Source: Malacoraja senta (Eukaryota). Taken from it: a stretch of 64,000 bases of DNA. Made by a program: the position numbers and the translations under genes. Positions 36,628 through 50,300 of this stretch are shown piece after piece. The notes under the pieces were generated by a model. It searched no databases, was not told the DNA's origin, and saw only the letters and a list, made by a program, of their open reading frames with translations. Every line of letters starts with the position of its first letter. The first letter of the stretch is position 1. Where the stretch lies: positions 1-64,000 of the forward strand of contig JAXLNO010000179.1 in NCBI GenBank assembly GCA_038087875.1, given 5' to 3'.

Positions 36628-37735
36628 CAATAGATGCAGGAGTAGGCCATTCGGCACTTAAAGCCAGCACCGCCATTCAATGTGATCATGGCTGATCATC
36701 CACAATCAGTACCCAGTTCCTGCCTTCTCCCCATATTCCCTAACTCCTCTATCTTTAAGGGCCCTATCAAGGTCTCTCTTGAATGTATCCAGAGAACTGG
36801 CTCCACCGCCCTCTGAGGCAGAGAATTCCACAGACTCACAACATTGTGTGAAAAAGTGTTTCCTCATCTCCATTCTAAATGGCTTACCCCTTATTCTTAA
36901 ACTGTGGCCCCTGGTTCTGGACTCCCCCAACATGGGGAACTTGTTTCCTGCCTCTAATGTATCCAAACCCTTAACAATCTTATATGTTTCAATAAGATCC
37001 CCTCTCAAACGTTTAAATTCCAGAGTATACAAGCCCAGCCGCTCCATTCTCTCAGCATATGACAGTCCCGCCATCCCGGGAATTAACCTTCTGAACCTAC
37101 GTTGCACTCCCTCAATAGCAAGAATGTCCTTCCTCAAATTTAGAGATCAAAACAGTACACAATACTCAGGTGTGGTCTCACTAGGGCCCTGTACAACTGC
37201 AGAAGGACCGCTTTGCTCCAATACTCAACTCCTCTTGTTATGAAGGCCAACATGCCTTTCGCTTTCTTCACTGCCTGCATGGTTACTTTCATAGACTGAT
37301 GAACAAGAACCCCAAGATCCCGTTGTACTTCCCCTTTTCCCAACTTGACACCATTTTGATAATAATCTGCCTTCCTGTTTTTGCTACCAAAGTGGATAAC
37401 CTCACATTTATCCACATTAAACTGCATCTGCCATGCATCTGCCCACTCCCCCCAACGTGTCCAAGTCACCCTGCATTCTCACAGCATCCTCCTCACAGTT
37501 CACACTGCCACCCAGCTTTGTGTCATCTGCAAATTTGTTCATGTTACTTTGAATCCCTTCATCCAAATCATTGATATATATTATAAATAGCTGCGGTCCC
37601 AGCATCGAGCCTTGCGGTACCCCACTAGTCACTGCCTGCCATTCTGAAAGGGACCCGTTAATCCCTACTCTTTGTTTCCTGTCTACCAATCAATTCTCTA
37701 TCCATGTCAGCACTCTACCCCCAATACCATGTGCC
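36628..37735 (-). mobile_element. CR1 LINE 3' portion (RT C-terminal half and 3' UTR)
   Basis: SGVPQGSMLGPQLF, KFADDTKLGG, QFNVDKCEVIHFG, LGLYTLEFKRLRGDLI. Confidence 0.88.
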
Positions 37736-37867
37736 CTGCCATGTGCAGGGAGGGTGTGTAGGATGACAACAATGTGTTCCCCACCCCCTCCCTCTCTGGG
37801 CCAGCGGGCAGGGTGCCAGTGCCCAGTGCAGGGCTGCCCCTCACACTGTCTTTTTCTTTGCTCACAG

Positions 37868-40709
37868 TTAGTGCGGAAGACTGGCAGTGCCGTGCTGGGG
37901 CTGAGGCTCCGGGTGGTGGTGCTACGGTGAGGATGTCCTGCTGCAGTCCCCATCTGGCCACCAACGGCTACTACCAGCACAACGACGATGCCTCCAGCAG
38001 CAGCGGCGGCTCCACCAAATCCGGCGCTCCCTCTTACAAGGAGACTCCCGTCAGGTACGTCTCTCTAACTCTCTCTTGTCTCCTTCCCCCCCCCCCCTCC
38101 CTCTCGTTCTTTCCTCTCTAAGCTATGCTCCTGTCTAACAGTAAAGATGCAGCCTCCACCCTTGTACCTCACTCAGGGAGCTGTGTATCACAACTCCAAC
38201 TCCCCCCCACCCTCTCCTCCCCCAGCCCCGCCTCCCAACTCCCAATCCCTCCCCTCCCTCCCTCCCATTCCCCCCTCCCCCCAACCCCAACTGAACCTTT
38301 CCCTACAGGAAAAAGTTCTAGACAAAAACTCAAGGAAAGTTCCAACAGCCTCTTCTTTCCTGCTTGGAATCTCAGGTGGAGGATGATCGGATGTAGGGTA
38401 TATCTTCCATAGGCCAAGGGCAGGGTTGCCGTGACAATAAGTTGTTGATGAAGCCATTCGGTTGATGGGCTCATGAGGTATGTTGGAGGGAATGTGAACA
38501 GGGACTGCCTGACCCGCTGAGTTACTCCAGCACTTTGTGACTTTTTTTATAAACCAGCATCTGCAGTTCCTTGAGGAGGGGGAGGAGAGAGAGAGAGAGA
38601 GAGTCATGATGTTCCTTCCCCGCGTGAAACAATCTTCTTTCCCCTTCCCCCTTTCCGAGCTCTGACAAGCGACTCTCTCCATCCCTCCCCCACCCAAGTC
38701 GCACCAGCTTCTCATTCTCACTTAGCAAATAGCTAACAATGGCCAGTTTCCTTTATCATCGTTACTTTTTTGCTTCTCTTTCGCTGTCCTGGTCTGCCTC
38801 CATCCTAAATCGTTGCCCTTTATCGTTTCAGGTTGCACAAGAAAAGGTCAAACAGCAAGTGGCCGGGACCTGTGCCTGGTGTCAAACGTTCGCCGTCCAA
38901 CAGTTCAGTCAACAGTCTGAGTAGCTACATCAGCAACGCCTCCAAGCGCTCTCAGCGCTCTCTGCACCTCGGCAGCAGCAGCGGCTGGCAGGAGCCCGTC
39001 CGGGGAGGGCAGCGCGGGGGGTGGAAGTAGGGCACTGGCGCATTTCTTTAATCAGAGGGTTGTGAATCAGTGGAATTCATTGCCACTGAAGGCTGTGGAG
39101 GCCAAGTCAGTGAATATTTTTAAGGCAGAGATAGACAGATTCTTCATTAGTACAAGGGTTACGGGGAGACGCAGGAGAATGGGGTCAGGTGGAGAGATAG
39201 TTCTGCCATGATGGAATGTCAGAGTAGAATTGATGGGCCGAATGGCCTAATTCTCCTCCTATCACTTATGACCTTTTGACGTCAGTGTTCTTAAAGCCTT
39301 AACCCTTCCCTCCAACAGACTGGTTCAGGGCTTCTCCTTGGTTTAGAGTATCGCAATCACTGGTGCACGTCGGAGACTCGTGCTGCAGTTTCTCAGTTTT
39401 AATTGTAAACGAGCCCTTTGGCCCAACGAGTCGGCGCTGACCAGCGATCATCACACAGCTGCTGTGAGACTTTGCCTATCCCGCTGGGAGGCGGGCGGGC
39501 GGACAGGAGAGGGGCGCACTGCCGCTCTGCTGTGGGGCCTGTGTGTGGTAACACACTCGGTTCAGTTACTGTGGGGAGCTCTGGGTCGGGGTCTGATGCC
39601 CCCTGGTGGTGGGAGGTGACCGACACCGAGCTGCAGTTACTGAGAGGCGAGGGATTATACCTTCCTTTATAGGAAGGAACTGCAGATGCTGGTTTACACT
39701 AAAGATAGACACAAAATGCTGGGGTAACTCAGCGGGACAGGCAGCATGAGGTCATAAGTGAAAGGAGCAGAATTAGTCTATGTGTCCCATCAAGTCTATT
39801 CCGCCATTCAATCATGGCTGATCTATCTTTCCCTCCTAACCCCATTCTCCTGCCTTCTCCCCGTAACCCCTGACACCCGTACTAATCAAGAATCTATCTA
39901 TCTTGCATTAAAAATATCCACTGATTAGCCTCCACAGCCTTCAGTGGCAAAGATTCACCACCCTCTGACTAAAGACATTCCTCCTTATCTCCTTCCAAAA
40001 GGAGCGTTGTTTAATTTTGATGCTATGAACTCTAGTCCTCAACTCTCCCACAAGTGGAAACATCCTCTCCACATCCACTCTATCCAAACCTTTCACTTTT
40101 CGGTAAGTTTCAATGAGGTCCCCCTTCATTCTTCTAAACTCCAGCGAGTACAGGCCCAGTGCTGTCAAACGCCTTTCTGGAGAGAAAGAATGGGTGACGT
40201 TTCGATCGAGACCCTTCTTCAGACTTAGTCAGAGGAGAGGGCGATCTGGAACGGTAAGGTGTGAAAACGAGAGATCAAAGGGGACAAAGATGAAGGAAAA
40301 TGTAGAATAGATCATTGTTAGCTAGGGGAAGGTGACAACAAAGCAAACAAAGATAAAATGTAATCAGGAGGACAGTTAAACTGGCCGGAGAGCTAGGATG
40401 GTGGAGGGATGGAGAGAGAGAGAGAGGGAAAACAAGGGTTACTTGAAGTTAGAGAGGTCAACATCATATCGTTGGGTTGTAAGGTGTCCAAGCGAAATAT
40501 GAGGTGCTGTAATATTTTCCTGTGATGACTTGCCTCGGTAACCTGTATCTCGCATCCAGCAGCCTCAAGGTCGTCCAGCTTTGTGGACAGCTACGAAGAG
40601 AAATTAAACAGAGCATACGGCAGGATGGGGATACTGACAGCGCCTTCCACTTCTTCCAACATCTACTTGTCGTCCACATCTGGCTACTCCTCCCAGGATG
40701 AGCTGCAGG
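37868..40709 (+). pseudogene. SUN2-like 5' exons (nucleoplasmic N-terminus only): 37868-38054 (ATG 37933), 38832-39030, 40560-40709; probable partial duplicate
   Basis: MSCCSPHLATNGYYQHNDDASSSSGGS...SYKETPVR|LHKKRSNSK resembles the SUN2 N-terminus as I recall it (MSRRSQRL..DDGSSSSGGS..KDSPLRTLKRKSSN), and STSGYSSQDE resembles SSGYSSEDD. Canonical splice sites flank the pieces, but the middle exon reads into TAG at 39028 and no TM or SUN-domain exons were recognised. Confidence 0.6.
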
Positions 40710-41089
40710 GTAAGTGGAATGTTCATCATCTCACCCCCCACGTCCCTCATCCTGAATAGCTAACGGGCGGCACGTTGCACTATCGGTAGAGAGGACACAC
40801 TGGCTGGGGCTGGAACAGAGGCTTTAGGGATTTCATATTGAAGTTGGGCAGTGGGGCGGCTGAGCGGGCACTTGATGAGTGGGTGAGAGGTGTTACTAGG
40901 GTGGGGACAGGGTGGGTGGGAGATGTTACTAGGGTGGGGCAGATAGATGGGGGCAGTTACTAACGCATGGACAAGGTGGGTTGGTGAGTGGAGGATGTAA
41001 CCAGGGTGGGGACAAGGTGGGTGGGTGGTAGATGTTGGGCGTGGGCACTGGGTGAATTGGGGATGTTGCTAAGGTGTGGACAGGGGGGG

Positions 41090-41355
41090 TTGAGTGGAGG
41101 ATGTGGGGGGTGAGTGGAGGATGGTGGGGGGTGTGGGAGGGGGGTGAGTGGAGGAGGGTGGGGGGTGTGTGGAAGATGTGGGGGTGTGGGAGGGGGGTGA
41201 GTGGAGGATGTTGGGTGTGAGGGTGGGTGAGTGGAGGATGTGGGAGGGGGGTGAGTGGAGGATGTTGGGGGGGTGAGTGGCGGATGTTGGGGGGTGGGGG
41301 GTGAGTGTAGGATGTTGGGGGTGGGGGTGAGTGTAGGATGTTGGGGGGTGGGGGT
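41090..41355. repeat. G-rich ~20-bp degenerate tandem repeat (GGGGTGAGTGGAGGATGT)
   Basis: Directly visible; many G3-G7 runs. Confidence 0.8.
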
Positions 41356-41364
41356 GAACACCCC

Positions 41365-41640
41365 GTAGCTGGAGCAGGGGAATGTACCTGGGGAAGGGGT
41401 GGTTTGGAACCAGTTAACCAGGGAGTTGCAGAGGGAACAGTTTCTGCGGAATGTGGAAAGGGGTGGAGATGGGAAGACGTGACTAGTGGTGGGATACTGT
41501 TTGAGCTGGCGTAAATATCGCAGGATTATGTGTTGTATGTGAGGGCTGATGGGTTGAAAGGTAAGGACTAGCGGGACTGTCTCTGTTGCGAATAGGGAGA
41601 GGGGGAGAAAGGGCAGAGCTGTGGGGTACCGAGGATACAC
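41365..41640 (-). mobile_element. Penelope-like fragment
   Basis: VPLVLTFQP...IILRYLRQLKQYPTTSHVFPSPPLSTFRRNCSL, homologous to 25820-26040. Confidence 0.8.
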
Positions 41641-44600
41641 GAGTGGCAGCATCATCAAGGACCCACATCATCCTGGCCACACACTCATCTCAGGCAGAAG
41701 GTACAGGTCACACATCTACACCAGAATATAGGTCACTAGAGCATTAGAGAATACATCCATCGCCATTGATATGCCACATATATTGCAACTGGTGATTGAG
41801 CCTGGATGCAGACATTTCGATCTTCAGCGTTTCATCGAGCCACAATGTCATTAAACACTTAGCGATCCAACATCAATTCTGTATTGACAATTGATGATAT
41901 ACCAGTGCTAGATGAGGTTAGGTAAATTATCACCGGATACTTTGACTGATTATACCCATGTGATCAACATATACCTCCACCAAAGTGAATCAACTTGGAC
42001 TTAAGCAAGCACCCCTTAATCCACAGAATGCACCTGTTGTCTGTAAGTAGTTGATACCATATAACTGAACATTTGGTAACTCATGCAAATCCCATCCGTC
42101 TCCGTAATTTAGAGCTGATATTAGTAATTTTCCATCTTTGAGCAATAGCATCAGTTTGTAATTAACTGAATATAATTGATGAAAAGTTAATGGAGCAATG
42201 CTGAATACTATTCGTCCATCATGGTGACTTTGATAGTTTCAGCCGGGAATAGGTAAGGTCTGGTAACAATGGTACTTGAGAATTGATTCCAATCTCTTGC
42301 CTCAGGGCGGAGTCCCAGACAATTTCAGTTGGTATCAATGTAAATTTAACTTAAATTTAACTGGATGGATGAGAACTCAATTCCAGCTAAATTTTGAAAT
42401 ATCTCTGGTGCCTTGTGAATGGAAACTGATCCCATGATAGTTAACAGGCACGAAGTTCCCTATTCAGGAATGTCTATACTGCACAAGCGAGTTGTACCTG
42501 TTAACAATGAACAGGCCTCATTGCCCCAATTGCGATTCTGCCTAAAAAGGCAACGCCAACCATGTTTTCGAGAACTCTGGTGCTTGAATGCTGTGCAGTA
42601 TAAACTAATCTGATCTGTAAAACCCAAGTGTAAATATTACCAACTAGTTCCAATTCCAATTCAATTTATTTGTCTTTTGAGGGACAAATTTGTCATTTGG
42701 ACCCCTTGAGGTCCAAACGAAATGTCGTTTCTGCAGCCATACAATACAAAACAAAGAAGACCCGAGACACAACACAATTTACACATACATCCATCACAAC
42801 GCTGTGATGGAAGGCAAAAATAACGTATCTCTCCACTGCACTCCCCCCCCCCCCCCGATGTCAGAGTCAAAGTCAAAGCCCCCGGCGGGCGATGGTGATT
42901 GTCCCGCAGCCATTAAAGCCACGCCGGGTGATGCAAGGGTCGCGCACCGGGTCTTGGTGTTAGAGCCCCGGCGCTCGCCCGCAAAGTCCGGTGGCCATTC
43001 CAAGCCGCGCGGGGGGATAAAGCCCCACTCCAGGTGCGCTTCAACCCCGCAACTCGGGCGGGAGAAGTCGCCGCTGCGGAAGCCCCGAAAAGCGGTCTCC
43101 CACCAGGGGACCCGCGGGCCTCCGGTGTTGCCGTCCGCCAGACCCGCGGTTGTAGCCTCCGAATCTCCGGGGTTCGGGCCGCAGCAGCGCTCCACCACAG
43201 CTCCACCCGCTCCGGACTCGGCCAGCCCCGCGACGGTGAGTAGTCCGCAGCTCCACAACTGGAGCCCCAGGTCGTTCCTGCTGGAGGCCGCTCCACGTTG
43301 CCCAGCCCCAACGACAACGGAGACCCGACAAAGAAAAGGTCGGGTCTCCCGTGCAGCGGAAAGATTTTAAAGTTTCCCCCCCCCACCCCCACCCCCACCC
43401 CCCCCACACACATACCCCGACAAAAAAAAAAAATAAAAACTACATAAAAACGAGACAAAAATAATAAAAAGACAGATGGACTGCAGAGGCCGCTGCAACG
43501 AAAAGTCGCGCCGCCCACTTTTATCCGTGATCGGAAGCTTCTCCTTCATACTCCAAATGGGAGGACTTATGCAACCTGCCCAAGAGCTGCCTCAACCAGC
43601 TTCATCCTTCAATCAGCTTCATCCTTCATACATCTGAATGGTAGGACTTATGCAACCTGAGTCAGGAGCTGCCTTAGGTATGTGTATGTATTTTAGCACC
43701 ATCTGCATCCATCTGTTTTATCGATTGGGAGGAATTGCAACCCTGAATCAGGTGTCGCTTCAGGCATATGTGCACTTCAGTAGCACCCTCTACCACTTTT
43801 TTTGAACTGGGAGTGTGGGACGTTACACTTCTGTGTCTCCTGTCCGATGGTAACAGTGAGAAGACAGCACGGCTTATCTCATTTCAGCTATTAGTTGAGC
43901 AAACTTAACCTGAACAACTTGCTATTCTTAACATCTCTATATTCTGAGACCTTTCCTGTAAAAAATCTTTCAGGGGAAGTGTTGCGAATATCCGCAGAAA
44001 CTACAACGTAATCTGCGTGCCTTTGTTATCAATTCCCCTCGCAGTAGACAATAGCCTTCTTTGTGTTTTTCTAACTACTTGCTCTACCTTGTGCAAGTAC
44101 CTGACTATCAGGAGGCTAAATTCAATCTGGAAATTGTCCGCTTGGGGAAAGATCATCAAATATTTTTATATTGTGATATTTGGACTATACAGTTATTGTT
44201 TGATAAATTGATACAGGTATTATAATTTTCTTTTCCACTTACCTTGTATAGTGCTGATAATTTACATAAGATGTTCACTCCTGTATATCTGTATGAGTGT
44301 GGGAAGCCAAATGTTTCAGGACATTTTATAGTGGAGACTTGTGTGCACAAAATTACATATGCTTTCCAAGTGACTTCCATCACATAAGCAAAGAAACTAA
44401 GGAATTTCACAAGCTCTTGGTTAGAAGCGATTTAAATTTAGTTTAGAGATACATGAATCAGGCGCTTCGGACCAGTGGTTCTATGGTGACCATCGATCAC
44501 CTGTTTTAGTTTAGTTCATTGTCATATGAAAAGCTTGAATTTGCATGCTATCCAGCCAAAGAAAGACCTATACATGATGGAATCAAACCATCCACAGTGT

Positions 44601-47332
44601 ACAGGTGAAGGGTAAATAAAGATTTAAGTGGAATGATTGTAATGGATGTCAGCAAACCTCTTACAGTCTACACGTAGACACAGACCAGCACGCAAAGGAT
44701 CGCCTTGATTAGGCGCCCTCGTTGGTCTCGACATTCATACTGGTTCAAGAGTGTTTTATTGTCAAGCATGTTTTATTGTCTTATGTCCCAAAGCAGGCTA
44801 TTGTGGCGAGTGAGAGAAGGTAAGTTGGTTTGAATCGTTTTATTTTAACGAAACAACGAGCCAACAACGCATGGGCGATAAGACAACCAAATTTAAAATG
44901 TGGCTTCCACAAGTGTTGGTGCTAGACTGACAGTTACTGACAGTTACTTACAGTTACAGCAAAAAACCTGCCAATAGAACACCCGCATTCAGTGACTCCT
45001 CCAGTCAATCACGAGGGTTCGCTTACTCAGAGTCACCACCGGGTGTCGCTACACTATGTTATTCCCCTTTTTTCAAACACTCCCTACACATTAGTGGCAA
45101 TTTTAAGGAGGCCATTTACGGCAACCTAAAAAGCTGCATGTGTTTGGGATGTGGGAGGAAACTGGAACACCCGGAGGAAACCCACACAGTCACTCAAACT
45201 CCACAGCACCCAATGTCCGTATCGAACCAAGGTCTCTGGCGCTGTGAGGTAGTAACTCTACCGGCTGCGCCATTGTGCTGCTCATTTTATGAGTGCAAAT
45301 TCCATTGACTTCTTTGTTTTGAGTTGTAGTTACTTTGACCATAGAGTAGGATTTGCTTTTGAGTCAGTTTATAGACACATAACCTGCGAGAACTGCCAAT
45401 CCAGTGATAAGGAAGTGCTACACTGTCCGAGGTGCCAATTCTGGATGAACTAGAGGCCTCATCTGTCGTCTTACGTTCAGTGGTACTATTTGATGAATAC
45501 CGGGGATTTTTGATGCCTAATACTTAAACAGAAACCAACTCCACCAGAATATTTTATCTGGTTATTGGGGGAACTTTGCCATGTCCAAATCAGCTGGTGT
45601 GTTTTCCTGTATCCTAGCAGTGACAATAATTCAAAATTATTGGAATGCTGAAAAATGGAAAGTGCTCATGGAAAAAGCAATTTGTTTGTGTCCTTGCACG
45701 TGGAAATGGAAATAGGATGAAATGCAGATAAGTCCAATATCGGCAAAGGAAATCTATATATAACTTTGGCCATACTTCTAGAATTAAATAACAACTGATA
45801 GGAGGTGCTGGAAGGCACAAGTTTGCAATTGGATATCAAGCTATGTTCTACCTTTGTGCAGTGCAGGATGGCAAACTTTCTTCACAAGTAGAGCCAGTTT
45901 TAGCAGCAGTCGTTGTAAATAAGCTGATCAACTGTGGTACAGTTATGGAATATAATGTTAAACTAATTACAGCAAGATGCAACTTTAATCTGCGTCTTGA
46001 CTTTTAATTTGCTGTTTTTGCACCATTTTGTGAGGTGATGTAATCTGTGAAATTAAGGTAATTTGGGACGTTTGTATATGATTTGATGCAGGTAGTTCTG
46101 CTGTAATGGTTATTTCCATCGTGTGAATTGGATGTAATGTGGATTTAGTGAACATTATTTATATTAAGTGGACCTAATTGATAACATGATTTGATTGATC
46201 TACCTTGTGTTTGAATACCTCAAGTCATCTAACCTCCACAATCACCAGGATAGAGAAATCCAGAGATTTATCATCCACTGAGAGAGGAAATTCTTGCACA
46301 CCTCTGTTTTAAACGGCAGCTCCTTTGTCTTGTGATCCATACATGTTATACCTTTCAGTTGCCTCAGTTTTATTTCCATTGTTGCATCTAGCGTGTTCAT
46401 ATTATGTGTTCATTGAAAGTTACGTCATCAAAGTGAAACCATGTACATGTTCAATGACCAAAAGTCAACTGAAATTTGACCCTGCTTCGAAAACAATTGA
46501 GGTCCCAAGTTCCACGTATCCACTGTCACAGAAATATTTTGTGTATTGCATTGCATCATAATTTGTCCACTATTGCAACTCCCCATTATTGAGCATTATT
46601 GAGGCATCTTTGAGCCCTTAATCCTGCTCTGCTTATTGGTTGTAAGGAATTTAGATGTATGATCATTTAAAACATTGGAACTACCTGAATTTTAGAGCCC
46701 AGCTGTCTTCATACTTATTGCCATCTCCCCCATAACCCCTGACACCCGCACTAATCAAGAATCTATCAATCTCCACCATAAAATATCCATTGACTTGGCC
46801 TCCACATCCTTCTGTGGCAATGAATTAGACAGATTCACCACCCTCTGATTAAAGAAATTCCTCCTCTCCATTCACTTTAATGTCTCTTTATTATCTGCCA
46901 CTGATCTGCTTTGCATTGGGTGTCACTTTCTTCAATTGGACCCCTCTGGCATTTGCTAATCTCATCATTCGCATCATTAGTACTGAACTATTATCTACCG
47001 CTTTGATGACCCTCGGACTATCCTTGATCAGACTTTGCTGGGTTTACCTTGCGCTGTAAATGGGTCGATTGCAAGCGTGTATTGTCCTTCTGCTGACTGG
47101 TCAGCACGCAACAAAAGCTTTACACTGTACCTCGGTGCACGTGACAACAAACTAAATGGAAACTCAAGAGCATAGACCATAGAACAGTACAGCACAGGAA
47201 CAGGCCCTTTGGCCCACAATGTCTGTGCCAAGGATGATGACCATTTAAACTAATCTTCTCTGCTTGTCTGCTCTGTACCAATTATATTTAATTATTATTT
47301 TGGTTAATTTACAGCCACATTAAAATAGAAGC

Positions 47333-50300
47333 ATGTGGAGGTGCATTTGTGCAAACAAACTGCCCCTTGCATCGGCGGGGGTAAGTATTTTTGTAATTTC
47401 TTGTGTTGCATTTGCATTTATAAAATTTGTATTTGTATCCATGATATATTTTGGAATTTAGTTTTTCCTTGTATAAAATAATGTGTGGACTACAATCACT
47501 TGCTTATGATTTCAATTTCAAAAATATTTAATGAAAATGCTTTCCTGTGCTTAACTTAATTTGTCTGTTATATTTTGCCTCTGGTAAATTTTAGCCATTT
47601 CAAATTGAATTTCTCATGTTTTATTATTTGTTATTGGCATTACTAATTTTTATTAGATGGGTTGTGCATATTGAGGCCGGGAAATGTTTATTTGTGTAAT
47701 GTGACTCGTTCACTACTTGAAAAAATACATTCTCCTCAAAGTAAACCTGGGATGTTTATGACATTCATGATTTTCTTCCTGTCCTGTGCAGTGATGAGCA
47801 ATGGTGGGCCACTAATGTAGAAGCAACCCTGGAAATGATGGGCATCCTGTTTGTTCCAAGATAAAGGGGATTGGTCTGAGCAGGACCCAAGCTCTTGGTA
47901 CTAGGAGTCAGCTGCTCATCACAACACCTTACCTTGTGGGGGCAGCATTGACCACCAATTCTAAACTCCTCTGCTCCAACATATCACTACTCACCCACAG
48001 GCATCAGATAGCTATTGGCCCTCACTGAAGCCTGAATTGACCCTTGGTTTTCACTTACGATACGATACAATAAAACTTTCTTCATCCCCGGAGGGAAATT
48101 GGTCTGCCAACCGTCACAACACACAAGGTGCACGAAAACTTGAAATTAAAAGTGCAAATAAAAAGAAAAAGACAAGCGACTGTTGGCTGCCTGCCGTGTG
48201 CATAACGCCTTAAACAGAACGAACGAACAAACAAACGCAGCCTTATCCCCTGGGTAGAGAATTATAAAAGTAGAGTACTCCCCCACACCGGGACCCACAT
48301 TGTTCTACCACCGCCCCACACGGCAGTCCCCCCACGCCCGGTCCCCATTGTCTTCCCCTACCCCCCCCCCCCCCCTCCCCTCTCATTGAACGCTGATTGC
48401 GGGTCAATCGTGAGGCTCCCACCACCGCCAAAGCTCCCGTTGCTGCTGAGGCTCCCTCAGCCCAGGCAGACCTCGCCATCCGGCTTCACCTCGGTCCCCT
48501 GGGAGGCCTGTGGGGCGAGCCTAGCCAACCGGTTCACGTTCCAGTCGGCGGCGCGGTTGTTCGGCGGGTGGATTGGGCCCGCGCTGCTCCTAGGGTCACT
48601 CCCACCTCACGTGTGCAACTCTCCAGGACACTTCCTCTTTTCTCAGTATTACTAACAAATCAGATTTAGATCCCAGATACAAAGAAATGCAGATGCTGGT
48701 TTATATCAAAAATGGACACACTGCTGGAGTAATGGTGGTGCAGCGGTAGAGTTGCTGCCATACAGTGCCAGGGAACCGGGTTCGATCCTGACTACAGGTG
48801 CTTGTCTGTACATAGTTTGTAAGTTCTCCCCGTGACCTGCGTGGATTTTCTCCGGGATCTCGGGTGTCCTCCCACACTCCAAACACGCACTGGTTTGTAG
48901 GTTAATTGGCTAGGTATAATTGTAAATTGTCCCAAGTGTGTAGGATAGTGTTAATGCGCAGGGATTGCTGGTTGGCGCGGAGTCGGTTTAGTATCTCTAA
49001 ACTAAACTGAACTAAACTAAACTAACTCAGTGGCTTGGGTGAAAAAGGATGGGTGAAGTTTCAGTTTGGGACCCTTCTTTAGACTGATTGTAGGGGGTGG
49101 ATCTGGAAGCAAGAAAAGACCACGACAAATTTGATAAAGGGTCCTGACCCGAAACATCAACCATCCTTTTTTTCCCAGATATACCACCTGACCTGCTGAG
49201 TTAATCCAGCACATTGTGTCCGTCTATCCTATTTTTCCCCCTCCATATGAGAATTCATCGTGGGAAAGCCTTTGAGCATGTTAAAATACACAAGGCCAAT
49301 TACGTTGGGTCTCCAGAGTGACTGAATTTTGCAGCAGTGGCCTTGTAATACAAAAAATGCATTGGCTTCCATGCATTCCACATTAATGCACTTCTCAAGT
49401 CACAGAATATTTCAATACTGTTTTCTCCGAAGTCCGATTCACTATGATGCAGTTATTAATGGTGACCAATTATTCTGCAGGCACTGAGCTGCCAGAAGTC
49501 TGCAGGTAAGTATTCGGTGGCTGATTTAACTGAGCAGTTGGCTCAGCATGAACAACTAGTAGTGCAGCTCAAAGACCAAATTCAGGACAAAGAGACCCAG
49601 CTTGACGTGAGAGATCAACAACTTAAGGTAACATCAATTCCAGTTGAATATTTGTGACCCTCACAGTGAGCTATTACACTGATCTGTGTACTTTGTGTTT
49701 TACATTTCTGCAGTTGGATTTCACTTTAAAGCCTGAAAATTTAGTCCAAAATATTGCATGTTTGCTTTTTAACAATAACAATTAACAATGCCTCTTATTT
49801 TCTGAAGCAAAGACTATTGTTAAACCGTTTCACGTCATGTGTCAGATCTTTTCAAGGAAATTGAAAGGATGCCTTCACACTTGGTTTAGAAGGTTGTACT
49901 TCAAAATAGACTACAAAATGTTATTTAAAAGTCCTACTCAAATGATTTAAGCAGAAAGTCACACCTGATGCTTCCAGTACAATACTGAGAAGAATGCTGC
50001 ACCTGAAGTGCCAACTTTCAAATGAAATATTGAATTAAATCGTGTTTGGTGTCTCAGGCAGATGTGGAATATTTTATTTTGGCATATTTTAGAGAAAGAA
50101 ATGTGTTTTCCAGGGTGACTTTTCCAGTCTTTACCCCAAAAGTAACAACCTTCAAGTAGTTGATCCACCACATTAGTACATTATCACATATTTGCTATTT
50201 TCAAATTAGTTACACGGTTTATGACATTCCAATGTTAATTGAACAACAAAGGTACCTTATAAGCAACATTGGCTGCAAACACTTTTTAGACACTCTGAGG

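Noticed and set aside
40709..49481. Direct in-frame SUN2-like/golgin fusion protein
   Set aside because: The phase-1 donor at 40709 does not match the phase-0 golgin exon, and an upstream stop exists at 39028.
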